DNA of 64,000 nucleotides from Schizochytrium sp. TIO01 (lineage: Eukaryota > Protista > Bigyra: Labyrinthulomycetes). Below are positions 9,617 to 21,342 of the stretch, piece by piece. The stretch covers positions 1,488,001 through 1,552,000 of the forward strand of contig SMSO01000033.1 of NCBI GenBank assembly GCA_004764695.1, read 5' to 3'. How positions within the stretch are numbered: position 1 is the first letter of the stretch; the number at the start of each line of letters is the position of its first letter. The position numbers and the translations under genes are program-made. Below the pieces are notes generated by a model, which made no database searches, had not been told where the DNA came from, and was given only the letters and a program-made list of their open reading frames with translations.

Positions 9617-11146
9617 TTATACCACACCAAGTTGCTGAGTACTGGACTCTTCTTCGGGGTGCGGAGAGGCGACGGGAAGCGCCACGGGTGGAGAATGATC
9701 CGATGTTGTAATATTGAACTCGTCGATGCTGTTGCACGGAGATTGGCGGCGGGGTGTCAGAGAACCATTGTTTCGGTAGTTCAAAAAGCCCTCGAGGAAG
9801 TTAATTTGCATGTAAGCATAAATTTGGGCCTTGGCATCATCAAATAAGTTGATGGGAGAACTCTTCGCATTGCAAAGAGCATCTTGGCTTGCCTGAGTCA
9901 ACTCAACCTTGTATGGCGCTAGAGGAGCTACAAAACGGGCAACCATGTTTCTAGATTCGCGTTGTCTCCACAATTTGTCCTCGCAGGCCTGGTACATTTC
10001 AATGGATTCATAGAAAAGAATAGGTTCAAGTGTGCCGTTGACTTCGAGGTAAGCAGTGAATTGTCGACGTTCGTTCGGGTCACGGAGAAGATCATCAAGC
10101 TGGATGTGGTGCATATCTGTGTCCTCAGGTGTCTCAAGGCGAAGCTCCTTGGTGCGTTTGTGGAAGAGTGTGGCTCTAGGCAGGTAGCTTGTGGTACTGT
10201 CACCTGAATCACTGGTTTCGTCAACATTTCTTATTACGCGCATTCTGTATGCGACCAGACCGACAAGTAGAGCAATCACACCGAGAATAGCGACGGGGAG
10301 AATAGCATAAATTGCCTTGAATTTGCTCTCTTCCTCGTCTCCAGAGCAGCTGCAGTTGGAGTCGTCCTCTGTCGGAATACATTCTGCAAGCGCGCTACGA
10401 CCTCCTGCGCATTCATAATTTTCGTATGTTGTGCTCACTGTAGCAGAAGAAGAGACTGGCTGGTAGCTCATAATAAGCCCCTCAAAGGAAACATCGGTGT
10501 CGGAGATAGCATTAGCAACAGCGATGATTACATGTTCTTTCTTGCCGGAAACGATTCTAGGAGTGGGGATAATCGAGACATAAGATGAAGTGCAATACTT
10601 ATTGCTGTAATTGCTGGCGATGAGATCCACGGCAACTTGGCTCGTGTAAGAAGAGCCTGTGTCGGAGTGGAAGTAGATTGAGGTCGCGAGATCACTGCTG
10701 TAGCGGACCTGAACGTTGACAGCTTTGCTCACGTCAACAATAGAAGAGTCGAGCACCCACTCTGCTGTGACGGAGTCCGAATCTCCATCAAGATAAATGC
10801 TGCGGGAGAGAAAGGGTCCACCACTTGCGATGTCGCATTCAGCAATGTACCCACCTTCAAGAGTGATGATTTCATTGGTGTATGTTTCATCTTTGTAGCT
10901 GTCCGGGTCAGCATCTTCATCCACGCCGTAAAGTTCTTCGTCATTATACTCCGTAATACAAACCCTGTTGAGAGTTGATAAGAAGGAATCGCCAATTGAA
11001 CAGGACTCCTGTGGTTGTCCGTCAAGAAGCTTTGCACAGAGAGTTTGAGTTTCTTCGTTGCTGAGACTCTCGCTTGAACTTGCACATGATTTGGCTCCGA
11101 GTACAAGTGACCACATGCCAACAAAGGCCACGGCCGTAAATTTCAT
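9617..11146 (-). CDS. Single-pass (type I) membrane protein with cytoplasmic RGS domain
   Basis: Signal peptide MKFTAVAFVGMWSLVLGA (ATG 11146, alternative 11158), about 260 aa Cys-containing ectodomain, TM helix AIYAILPVAILGVIALLVGLVAY followed by RMRVIR, then RGS fold LDDLLRDPNERRQFTAYL...ILFYESIEMY...MVARFVAPLAPYKVEL...LFDDAKAQIYAYMQINFLEGFL. Confidence 0.85.
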   Translation of the reverse strand: MKFTAVAFVGMWSLVLGAKSCASSSESLSNEETQTLCAKLLDGQPQESCSIGDSFLSTLNRVCITEYNDEELYGVDEDADPDSYKDETYTNEIITLEGGYIAECDIASGGPFLSRSIYLDGDSDSVTAEWVLDSSIVDVSKAVNVQVRYSSDLATSIYFHSDTGSSYTSQVAVDLIASNYSNKYCTSSYVSIIPTPRIVSGKKEHVIIAVANAISDTDVSFEGLIMSYQPVSSSATVSTTYENYECAGGRSALAECIPTEDDSNCSCSGDEEESKFKAIYAILPVAILGVIALLVGLVAYRMRVIRNVDETSDSGDSTTSYLPRATLFHKRTKELRLETPEDTDMHHIQLDDLLRDPNERRQFTAYLEVNGTLEPILFYESIEMYQACEDKLWRQRESRNMVARFVAPLAPYKVELTQASQDALCNAKSSPINLFDDAKAQIYAYMQINFLEGFLNYRNNGSLTPRRQSPCNSIDEFNITTSDHSPPVALPVASPHPEEESSTQQLGVV

Positions 11147-13279
11147 ATTGAAGCCCATTATGGGATTTAGAAAATTAAAGCAACACACCCGGGGCTATTG
11201 TTTCGTTCAAGGTTTGTTGAATATCGCACAAACTTTGGCGTGCGAATGAGTTTCTGAGCCTCTCGAGGCTAAAGCTCCACAGAAGAGTGACCTTGCTGCT
11301 GCCAGCGATGTTTTATGCAAGTCAGCTTGCAAGAGCAGCCTGCAGTGCGTTCAATTCTTGGTTTGCTTCCGTGCCGTTTCAAGCTTGGATGTGGACAAAG
11401 ATTGATTCAAGAAGTTGATGTACTACTTTTCATAGCCATGCTGCTTAAGCAGACATGCACCTGTCTGACTAGATCCCGTCACGTTAATGATGGACAGCCA
11501 GTGGTTCCTACATTCCCTTTTAAAAGTACGCAGTCTCATGATATGATTTCCAGATATAGCTTGCTGTAATGACTGCTAGTGACCCAGTTCACCGAGCACC
11601 CTTCTTGCTATTGCCACTGGACGCAGAAACTGGAAGAGTATAGAGCTCTAAAATAGTGCTAGGTGCGCCAGATACCGCTTCCGGTAAGCTTCGGAGACCG
11701 TACTGAGTCCCGAAAGTGGACTCGCACTTGGAGCATTGGATTCTTTTCCTGTCCCATTCACCTCGCGCTCGCGCTGTCCCCTCGTTCTAGAGGTACACAC
11801 GCAATTAGTGGCCTATGAGACAGTATAGACCCTTTTCTTAGGCCGCCAGCCACGAGGTCTATCCACTTTGGGGACCAGAATTTTCAAGGCCGAATGACTT
11901 TTGTTCCTCTTCTCCGCGCAAATTTCAAAGTTCCTTCAGATGTATTTTGGCAATGCACGCGACCGAACTTATTTCCGGCTTGTTGCTCCCTCAAGCCTTG
12001 CATACTTGCATGTTTACTTGTTAAGAATACGTTGCACCAGGCGCGCGCACAAAGTCCCGACGGTGCCACGCGCGTGGCGCGTAGTATTAGAGCTATTGTT
12101 ATCAAAGGAACTCCACAAATGGATAGAAGATATATGAAGTATTATTCTTCATAAGAAAACTTCTGACTTTACGTTAGAAATCGTGTCCCGAGAAAAAGAG
12201 GGTAGACGTTAGCGTCGAGTGCGTCTCAGCCTGCAGGGGTCAAAAGATAATGATTGCTGTATCGCATTGAGTTGACATATATCGAATAGAAAGCGCCACA
12301 AGCCTGGTAGTTGTCAAATGTCATCTCGAAAAAACGAAAACATACGGGACTGCTCATGAAGAGTTACGGGACATTTTTCACAGGACCGTGCCCCAACGAA
12401 CTGGAGTAGTAGTGCTATGCACTGCAGCGACAGTAACTAAACGCATAATTCAAATGCTTTGTCTTGACTTTTTACCTAACTAAAAAATAAACGTATATTT
12501 CATATACTTTGTCTTGTCTTTTTACCCATGTAAAGGGTTTTGAGCGGTAGTCGCTTGATTCTGACGGTGGTAACGAAATGTATAAGTTTCACAACATGCA
12601 CAGGAACGGGGCCACCTTTTGCGGTTGGAAAGAGTTATTAGTTGCTTCACCATCCTTTAAGAATTCGCCCATCATCTGCATTGTACTATATATTTATTTC
12701 TGTTTCTCTTGCCTGATATGACCATGTCAAATGTTGTCGAACCGCTACACACGATATTGATGAATGGACGAACAAGATCCTGTCCGATCACCAATGCATT
12801 CAGCTTTAAACCATGAAAAGATATAATTCAGCTTACTTAGATTGGCTCATCCCTATATCATTTCTGCAAGTAATGATGCGTGCTTGCCTCTATAAGCGTG
12901 ACGAAGATTTTGTGGTGTTCTACATCGTCAGAACCATATGTAAGTCATTTGACTTGTAATCACATAGTCTCACACTCACAAGAATCTCGAGGAAAAAGAA
13001 AAGTACTTTGATGGATTAAAAAATAAAATTAAAATATTGTCGGTGGAATACAATAGTACTCGTAGGTAAGTAGTAGTATCTCACTGTCAGATCTTCAATC
13101 GCTCGGCAATACGATAACTGCTGGGATCCCTTCAAGGTCCCCAAGCTGGGTCTGTGGCACGCGAAGCCGTCCTGGGGGAGATTTTGAGCAGTTATCCTGG
13201 TCTCTGGAGACAGTTTCCTGTACTGTGTTGATCAAGACCTCTTGTTGTCGATTTCGTTCCGATTCCGTTCACGACCACC

Positions 13280-14422
13280 ATGGCCAGCGTACAGCGTGGC
13301 TCTGCAGCCGTCATTGGTGCTGGGGTCGTAGGACTTGCGACAGCTCGAGCTCTTTCCCTTCGCGGCCTTGATGTTACTGTTCTGGAAAAGAACTCATTGG
13401 TTGGTAATGAAACAAGCGCTAGAAATAGCGGCGTGATTCATGGAGGAATGTACTATCCTCAAGGCAGCCTTAAGTCCCAAGCCTGTGTTCGTGGTAGACG
13501 CATGCTCTATGATTTTTGCGATGAGTTCAACGTTCCTTACCGCGTTCGTCAGAAACTGATTGTCGCCACCAGTGACGATGAGGTTTCAGTTCTGGACTCT
13601 ATTCAAGAGAAGGCTCGCATTGCTGGCCTCGATGAGTCCCACGGCGATGCCCTTCGGATGGTCTCTGCCGAAGAGGCCTGTCAAATGGAGCCCGAATTAC
13701 GATGCAAGGCAGCATTACTGAGTCCTCGCACTGGGGTCCTGGATATTCACGCTTATCTTTTGGCTCTTCAGGGAGATGCTGAGAACCATGGTGCCATGGT
13801 TGCGTTTAACACGACTGTTGACCGCATTGAGAATCAAAAGGATAGATATTTGGTACACACCACGGAGAGCGGGACATTTGAATTCGATATGGTTGTCAAC
13901 TGCGCAGGATTAAGTGCAGTTGACATGGCCACGAAACGTAGTTTCCCGGCGGCTCAGAATGCCCCTCGGGCACGATTTGCCAAGGGTAATTATTTTCGTT
14001 TGGAAGGTTGCAAAGCACCCTTTGAGAAACTAGTCTATCCGGTTCCCGAGGCTGGAGGACTAGGAGTGCATATTACTATTGACATGTGGGACCAAGCTCG
14101 CTTCGGACCGGATGTACAGTGGCTGAATGACAGTCAGGACCCTGGCAACATTGACTATACTGTGGACCCGTCTCGCGCTGAGAGTTTCTACGACGAGATT
14201 CGCAAGTATTGGCCTGGCCTGCCTGATGATGCCTTGGCTCCTGACTACTCCGGTGTACGACCTAAGGTAGATGTGGAGGGACCCCAAGATTTCATTTTGC
14301 TTGGCCCCGAAGACCATGGTTGTGCAGGACTTGTGCACATGCTCGGTATTGAGTCACCTGGCCTTACTTCGTCGCTTGCCTTAGCAGATATGGTTGCTGA
14401 TAAAATCACTTCAAAGCCTTGA
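13280..14422 (+). CDS. L2HGDH: L-2-hydroxyglutarate dehydrogenase (FAD-dependent, LhgO/L2HGDH family)
   Basis: VIGAGVVGLA Rossmann motif, ETSARNSGVIHGGMYY..GSLK, FAKGNYF, LVYPVPE.GGLGVH.T.D, RFGPDV, YSGVRPK, GIESPGLTSSLALA. Confidence 0.92.
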   Translation: MASVQRGSAAVIGAGVVGLATARALSLRGLDVTVLEKNSLVGNETSARNSGVIHGGMYYPQGSLKSQACVRGRRMLYDFCDEFNVPYRVRQKLIVATSDDEVSVLDSIQEKARIAGLDESHGDALRMVSAEEACQMEPELRCKAALLSPRTGVLDIHAYLLALQGDAENHGAMVAFNTTVDRIENQKDRYLVHTTESGTFEFDMVVNCAGLSAVDMATKRSFPAAQNAPRARFAKGNYFRLEGCKAPFEKLVYPVPEAGGLGVHITIDMWDQARFGPDVQWLNDSQDPGNIDYTVDPSRAESFYDEIRKYWPGLPDDALAPDYSGVRPKVDVEGPQDFILLGPEDHGCAGLVHMLGIESPGLTSSLALADMVADKITSKP

Positions 14423-15098
14423 TTGGGAAGTAAAATGAACTTTGAATGGGAAAAATGAGTGAGTAGAGTCAGCGGCGGCAGTATTTGCAGCGATATGCGA
14501 TCATGCGATTACCGAGTTAGTTTCTACAAAGGACCTTACACTGCTGTATATTATAGTAAATATGGCTAATAATGTATCTTCAAAAAAGAAATATATAACA
14601 ATCCTTGCTGAAATAGAAACACGAGATTAGAATAATGACAACAATGACAACAATGACTACAATGCGAAAGACGTGCCAGGTCCTTGAAATCTCAAAATGG
14701 AGTTTGGTTACTTCCATGTAGTTGAAACGAGAACACGAATATTATAATAGCTAGATAGAACAGGAAGAAGAAAAAATACAATCTACTACATTTTGTTAAC
14801 ATTCCAGGAAAACATTCTGTGCTATGGTATAAAAGGTTGCGAAGACCATACAATCCCTGTGCCAAAGAGGTCTCAGCGCAACAGAAACAGAAGAAAAAAG
14901 ATAAGAAATGAAACAGTGAAAAAGGGGACGAAAGACATCAAGACCACAACAAGAGCAACAGAGCCACGCTAATGTGAGAAGCGAAAACTTTTGAGTTGCA
15001 CTTTGCAAAGTGGGCAACGAAACAGTCCCGTCACGGTGATTTACCGTAAAGGACAAAAGAAAAATGTTGCAGAGTACACAAAGATGACAGGCAAGCAA

Positions 15099-16409
15099 TT
15101 AGACGGTGATACCTTCATCATGCATGGTGCTTGAAGCAGTTGAGGAAATAGGATCATCCTCATAATCCGCATCCAGATCGTGGACCTGGTCAGATGAGCC
15201 AGCGGGGGAAGTCGAGCGAGTTCGTGTGGAGCACGAACCATCTTCGGAGTATTCCTCATGCCGACTAGTATACTTTTTATTCATACTGGGATCCTCCGGC
15301 CAGTATTCTGTGCTATGTATAGAGGCAGAAAGCGCACCACTGCTGCGCCTCCGAGCCTTGAGCTTTTGATGCTCCAAACGAAGCCAGGGGTGCTGAAGCA
15401 CTTCGCGAGCCGTAAGTCTCCGCAGAGGCTCGGCCTGAAGCATGCCGGCAAGCAGGTGCTTGCACTCGCGCGAAATGTGACGCCACTTGCGTTCAGGGCG
15501 AAACTTGAGCTGAAAATCACTGCGCGGCCGTTCGTAAAGAGTATCGTCAAAGGGCATACGTGCCGCAATCATGACATAGAGAAGACAACCTAAAGCCCAT
15601 ACGTCCACAGATTTGGTGTACAAGGGGTTCACGCCAGAGTCCGCACTTGCACTGAGACGCAACTCTGGGGCCAGAAATCCGCCAGTGCCAAGAAAACTAC
15701 TCGCATGGGAACCCTTCATAGCCTTGCTAAAACCAAAGTCAATTAGTTTGACTTGCATGGTCATGAAGTTGGTCAAAAGTACATTTTCGGGCTTGATGTC
15801 ACGGTGCATGATGTTGCGCCCATGCATATAGCTAATGGCACCTGCCACTTGGTAGAAGATGGTGCGTGCAGCATCTTCGCTGAGACCTTGTCGTTCAAGA
15901 ATCTGGTCGTAGAGCTCTCCACCCCGCAGATATTCTTCGACGATAAAGAGACTGTCACCATTTGCAAAAAATTCCTCCATATGAACAATATTTTCGTGTT
16001 CAAGGATCTGAAGTGATTGCACCTCACGATATAACCTTTTAAGTGCACGTTTAGGATATTGTAATGAAAGGCTTCCAAAGTCAATCACCTTCACAGCAAA
16101 GTCTTTGCCATCCCTCCGGCGAGTGCACTTGTAACATTTGCTAGAACTCCCTGTGCCGATCACCTCCTTTACTTCATAGGACCGTGCAAACGATTCAGGA
16201 ACGCGGGAAGCGATTCGAAGCGGCATTTTTTCTGCGGCAGGTGTTGATCCAAATGATGAATAATGGTGGTTGATGATGCCTTTGCTCTGTCCTGGGGTAT
16301 GCGAACTGATCTCAGGCCCTGATGCGTAATGTCTTTGCAAATGCTTGGTCTCATCCAAGTCATCTTCTGCCTCGCAACAGAACGCAACACACCACTTGAG
16401 CACGTTCAT
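15099..16409 (-). CDS. CAMK-group Ser/Thr protein kinase
   Basis: IGTGSSSKC G-loop, FAVKVI, EYLRGGELYD, HRDIKPENVLL, DFG, GTGGFLAPE, DVWALG, LQHPW; Cys cluster at the N-terminus. Confidence 0.93.
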   Translation of the reverse strand: MNVLKWCVAFCCEAEDDLDETKHLQRHYASGPEISSHTPGQSKGIINHHYSSFGSTPAAEKMPLRIASRVPESFARSYEVKEVIGTGSSSKCYKCTRRRDGKDFAVKVIDFGSLSLQYPKRALKRLYREVQSLQILEHENIVHMEEFFANGDSLFIVEEYLRGGELYDQILERQGLSEDAARTIFYQVAGAISYMHGRNIMHRDIKPENVLLTNFMTMQVKLIDFGFSKAMKGSHASSFLGTGGFLAPELRLSASADSGVNPLYTKSVDVWALGCLLYVMIAARMPFDDTLYERPRSDFQLKFRPERKWRHISRECKHLLAGMLQAEPLRRLTAREVLQHPWLRLEHQKLKARRRSSGALSASIHSTEYWPEDPSMNKKYTSRHEEYSEDGSCSTRTRSTSPAGSSDQVHDLDADYEDDPISSTASSTMHDEGITV

Positions 16410-16550
16410 GTTGATTCAGGACGCTGGGAATCACAAAAGGTCCAACCGCAATGATGAAAAAGACGCGAATCAGGTTTCAATTCACGTAAACCGTGTCTTG
16501 GGAGTCTCTGTTTCGATTGGTCAGCGGATCGATCGATTAATTGACCAATC

Positions 16551-16552
<2 letters not shown>

Positions 16553-16620
<68 letters not shown>
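16553..16620. repeat. (CAAT)17 microsatellite upstream of the kinase start
   Basis: Perfect tandem CAAT run. Confidence 0.95.
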
Positions 16621-19600
16621 TAATCCAAAAAAGGATTGATCGGTCACTCAACTCAGACCCAGAAGACAACTCCACAGGACGACCAGTTGCCACGCGACAA
16701 TTCGGGCTGAACGAGCCGAGTTTCAACCAAGCAGACGAGAGAAGCACGCAGCAAACGGCTGCGCTGAAGTCCTTTCAAGAAATACCAACAAGAAGACCTT
16801 GTTGTTTCTTCACTTCTATATTTATACGAAGCACAACTTCGAAAGCTCTCACAAAACACTCGATGCTGCTTTGTTCAGGCAGGTCTACAAGGCAGGATGT
16901 GCGCTTGGAGTTGAATATGCTTATGACTCTATCGCTCTGTTGCTGGTTGGTAGGAGAGAGCTCGTGGTAGGTCTTTCTGCCCTTCTTCTGGTGGTTCGCT
17001 CGATGACGACTCTTCGCCGAGCCAGAACGATTTCCAAGCGCTGTATTTCTCCCGACGTTCGCTCTCTCTCCCTTCGAGGGCTTCAAGGAGCTTGAGGGGG
17101 GGCACGGGGGGCGACGCGCGAGGGCTCCGGAGGCCTCGCGCCGGCTCCGGGCGCGGCGGTGGCTGCTTGCGGGTTTGCTGCTGCCGTCGATCGTCGCTTC
17201 CTGTCTCAATTGAATATTGAATGACTTTTTCTTTACTTTTTTCAAAGTTGTTTGGCTTTTTGTAAGTCAGAAATAAATAAAATCTACTCTCAATTACTGT
17301 CTTACTATTGTAGGCTATTCTCTATTTAGATCTACTACTACCTAGTTTTAAGTCTTTAACCCCTTGAATTTAATTAAAACTTTTAGTCAAAAATAGTGCA
17401 TAGAGGTCAATACGTTCTTATAGAAGGACAATCAGAACACTATGAAAAACAGCTAGTACTTGGTTACCTAGTACGTTCTATTTGGTGATTTATTTGTTTA
17501 AATTGATTCCTATTCTTTGCTATACGGCTAGTGTTTCGGGTATATGGATGACACGTATGTGTTTTCCTACCCAGTTCTTTTGGAAAAAAGCAGAACGTAC
17601 CCTTTATTCCAACTAATTGCAATCTGCCCCTTGAATAGGATCAACTACAAATAACCGTAGGCTATATCTTTGCGGTATCTGGGTCATATTGATTCCTAGT
17701 TATACTTTAAAAAAAAAATGAAAAGTTTTTTTTCTCCAAATAATAATTGATAACTAAGAAGTTAAAAAACTAGAGAAGAAAAGAGCAAAAAAAGCACGCC
17801 AAGTGATGTTGAAATGTAAAAGTGCCAACTTGTTGATACTACTTTCTCGTATAAAACTGCAGAGGAAGTCGTTTAAGGGCTTGCATGCACGGCTTTTAGC
17901 AACGAATGAAGAGAATGGAGCATGTGTCAATCGTTTCCTCAAATCTTAATTTATTTTTAAACATTTGAGAAATTGGGTACACAGGCGAAAGTTTTCGGGC
18001 AGAGTTATTAAATTCAAATACAGATGTGATTGAGCGTGGCTAATGAGAAGGCTACTAAGCTCTATTTACGGATCCCTACAAGCATCAGTGTTTTTGAACA
18101 GTTAGGTACCATGTATTGAGTTTTATTATTTTATTAAAAAGAAATATAAAGAGTGCCCTAGGAATACATATCTCCAAGTGGTACATACTTACATATCTTT
18201 TATTTAACCAAAAATGAAAATGAAAATGAAAATGAAAATTGATCATTCATAGCGGTCGCTCTTCTTTCGGTTTCAAGGGAACCCGACTCCTCTGAAGGAA
18301 AACAACCCAATTAGCTTCTGCATTCACCACAAGAGCGTCACTGTGTTGCCATTTGGGGCTCCGATCAAATGTAATTCGCGCTCCCGGACCTTTCTTGCTC
18401 TCGGCTGAGTGAGGAGGATGTGCAAATCAATAGTTACTATCAATCAGTTTGATATATTTTTATGTGTCGTGAAGACCTCAAGAGGTCCTTACCACAAGAA
18501 TTATAAACATTTTCTAAATAATTAAGAGAGATGAGATTTACTATCCGCTTTTGGTTGAAAAAAAAAAGAAAGAAAAAAAGTAAAAGAAACTAGGGAAAGA
18601 AACCAAGTATATCTAGGTAAACCAATAGACAACTAAAGATGTAGCTAAAGAAAGAGGTGATCTCATGTTTGGTATGGCTCAGCCGATCTTCCTTGGAGGA
18701 CATAAACTTTCCGACCCTGATTTACTGTAATTCAAGTCCTTACCTCACGACAATGAGGGCCCTCATAAAAGAATCAAACAGCAGCACTTTCACGAAGATA
18801 TGAAAAACATCAAAATAAATAAGAAGAAAGCAAAACTCAAGAATACAAGACCCAGTGTATTCGCACATCGGCGCAAGTTGTTGTCTCTTAGTGAGTGATA
18901 TATGCGAGTACGTAACAATTTGCTTTCTAAAGCCCTAAAATCTATTTATGCTTTATACTATATAGAACATGAACTGCTCATTTCCAGTTATTCTGGTTTC
19001 GATTATTTTGATTTTCCTAAAACACCAGTAATTTTTTCTTTCTATGCAGACCACCACTGCTAGGTGAGCGGACTGTGTTGTAAACTTGCTGTAAACCTGT
19101 GCAGCGACAACGTCTTGTGACCATCAGACTAGCGCAGCATAGTCCATGGTCCATCGATTGCACGACAGAACTAGACTTGTCTCACTTTTAATTCAAAATA
19201 CCCAACCATTCAGTGAATCGCCTATGTTGGTCCACTGTTAATAGGTACCAACCCTTGAAAACTTTATGGTAAAGGGCAATAGAGATTCAATGTGCAATTG
19301 ACAGCGTTTGAAACATCTTCGCTTCAGCTCCTATATTTAGAGAGTATCTATTCTCGAGGCGTTTGAGCTCAGGTCTTTCCCAATCATCCATCCATTTCGT
19401 TGCTCGATTTCATAAGTTTTGTTCATTTTCTCATTATGAACATTTTTTTTTAACCTGATAAGAGAAAGGGCTAATGCCCATACTTTCTCTGTTTCCCAGC
19501 CTACAATAGGTACCAACTAAGTGTTTCAAGACAGAAGGAGTCGCCGCGCGTTGGTGACCAGAGCTCGTCGCCATACCTTTCGTTGTGCGCAGCGCAACAG

Positions 19601-21320
19601 AGATCCTCTTGTGATTGATTCATGGCGCCGTAAGCTCCACCCGAGACGCAGCAACGGTGTCATGACGTCGTGCTTGCTCAGTACATAGCATTCATTCGAT
19701 GCATTGTCATGAATTTATTTCTACGAAGTTTGGCTCAAAGTCACACGTGAACAACTTTTCATTTTTCTAGTTTGTGCATTGTAGACACCCAATTAAGCAC
19801 ATCCATAGGTTTATAAAACCTTGAAACTTGCGCCACAATTTTCAAGGATATGAATAGAAACAGTTGTTGCGAGTCTCCCGATGCGCTTTTGGTGTACGCC
19901 AAAGGGCCTCTCTCCGCACTTGCAACTTTCATTTGCCGCTGTCGTTAAACAGAAAGCTCAAATTGAGCACATAGACAGAATGCTCTCGTTGTGAACTGGT
20001 TTGTCGTCAGGTTGGTGCCCCAACTCACCATAACTTGCTCATATCGACGACTTTCTGGGAAGGCATCTCCAATTTACAGACCGTAACATACGCCCGAAAC
20101 TTCAACAGTTTGCTACACCTCCGATTTGATTGGGTTTCCAACTTAAAGTTCTTTCGTAGGTTTGGTTGGGCGTTCACATTTATAGAGGCCTTTCTGATGT
20201 TTATTTCTTTAAAAAATAAAATTAAAAATATAGTATAAAGTTTGAGTTTTTAGATTAAAACATTGTGCAATAATGAGGAGACTAGTAGGAAGGAATGTCT
20301 GCTATGTTTCCCTTAGAAAGATCGAAAAGCTTTTCTACGATTGGAGATAAAGTGCCAAGTACACTAAAAAGTGACTTTGGAGGCAACAACAACCAAACGA
20401 CTGATTGTGTTCCATGCAATGAATGGGGGCCACAAGTCTTCTTCTTCTCCCCCTGCCTCTTCGGCCGTCCACGCCTCAGCACGGAGCATGCCTCAGACGA
20501 TTGATCTCAGAGCCTTGAGGAATTGACCCTCGAGCTTATACGGGCCTGTATTGAAAAGGAGTGGCAAAGGTAGGTGGGCTGAGAAGGAAGATTTCGACAC
20601 GCACCGTTTATTTTATTCAACTTTTTTATTTCGTAATAAAATCATTTGGGTTTGAAGATCACGGTACTGCAATCAACGCCTCGATAAAAGATCCGCCCCT
20701 AGTGTGTTAGTTAGCGCAGATGGAAAATGCTTTCGTGTAGACTTGTGGCTACAGCCGCTGCGGCGGCGAAGTCCTCTGATGAATCATTGATGACCTCATA
20801 GCGTGTACGTATTGGTTTCACTGGATGTTGAAGGCATTTATTGGCATTTGAGACGGCTGAGGAAGAAGAAGCATGAAACGCAGTTATAGCAGTACTTAGC
20901 GACATCCTAGGAGTTCCCTGGCTGAAGATGATCTCACCCCATGATGCAGGGTGGCTTGGGCATTCTCGACAATTTATTTGCACGTGGTGAGTCTACAGCC
21001 ACCAGCCGCAGTTCCTGGACTAGGGATGCGCGCTTGTCTGTTGTTCTGTACTTTTAGAGAGCTTGCGTAAATTCGCTTCGCTCATAATAGCGTCAAACAT
21101 ACGAATTCATGATTATATTAAATTCCAGATGCATTCCCCAGATTACGAACCGAGATGATGTGCAGAGGATGGCGTTTCACAGGCTGTGTTTTCAAAATTG
21201 TTAGGTCCCATGGTTTTGGTACTTTCCCTGAAATTTAATCACTACATCATTGGTTGGCAAGAAATGTTGGCCCTAGCCATTGGAACCGAAGCTGCATGTC
21301 AAATCTGTGTTATTGTAATA

Positions 21321-21342
21321 CCCCCCCCCCCCCCCCCCCCCC
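21321..21342. repeat. Poly-C homopolymer (22 nt)
   Basis: Seen directly. Confidence 0.9.

Noticed and set aside
11702-11728. Hairpin gagtcc-cgaaagt-ggactc preceded by ctga, resembling a hammerhead ribozyme stem II
   Set aside because: Lacks the complete CUGANGA core and the following GAAA; no stems I or III found.
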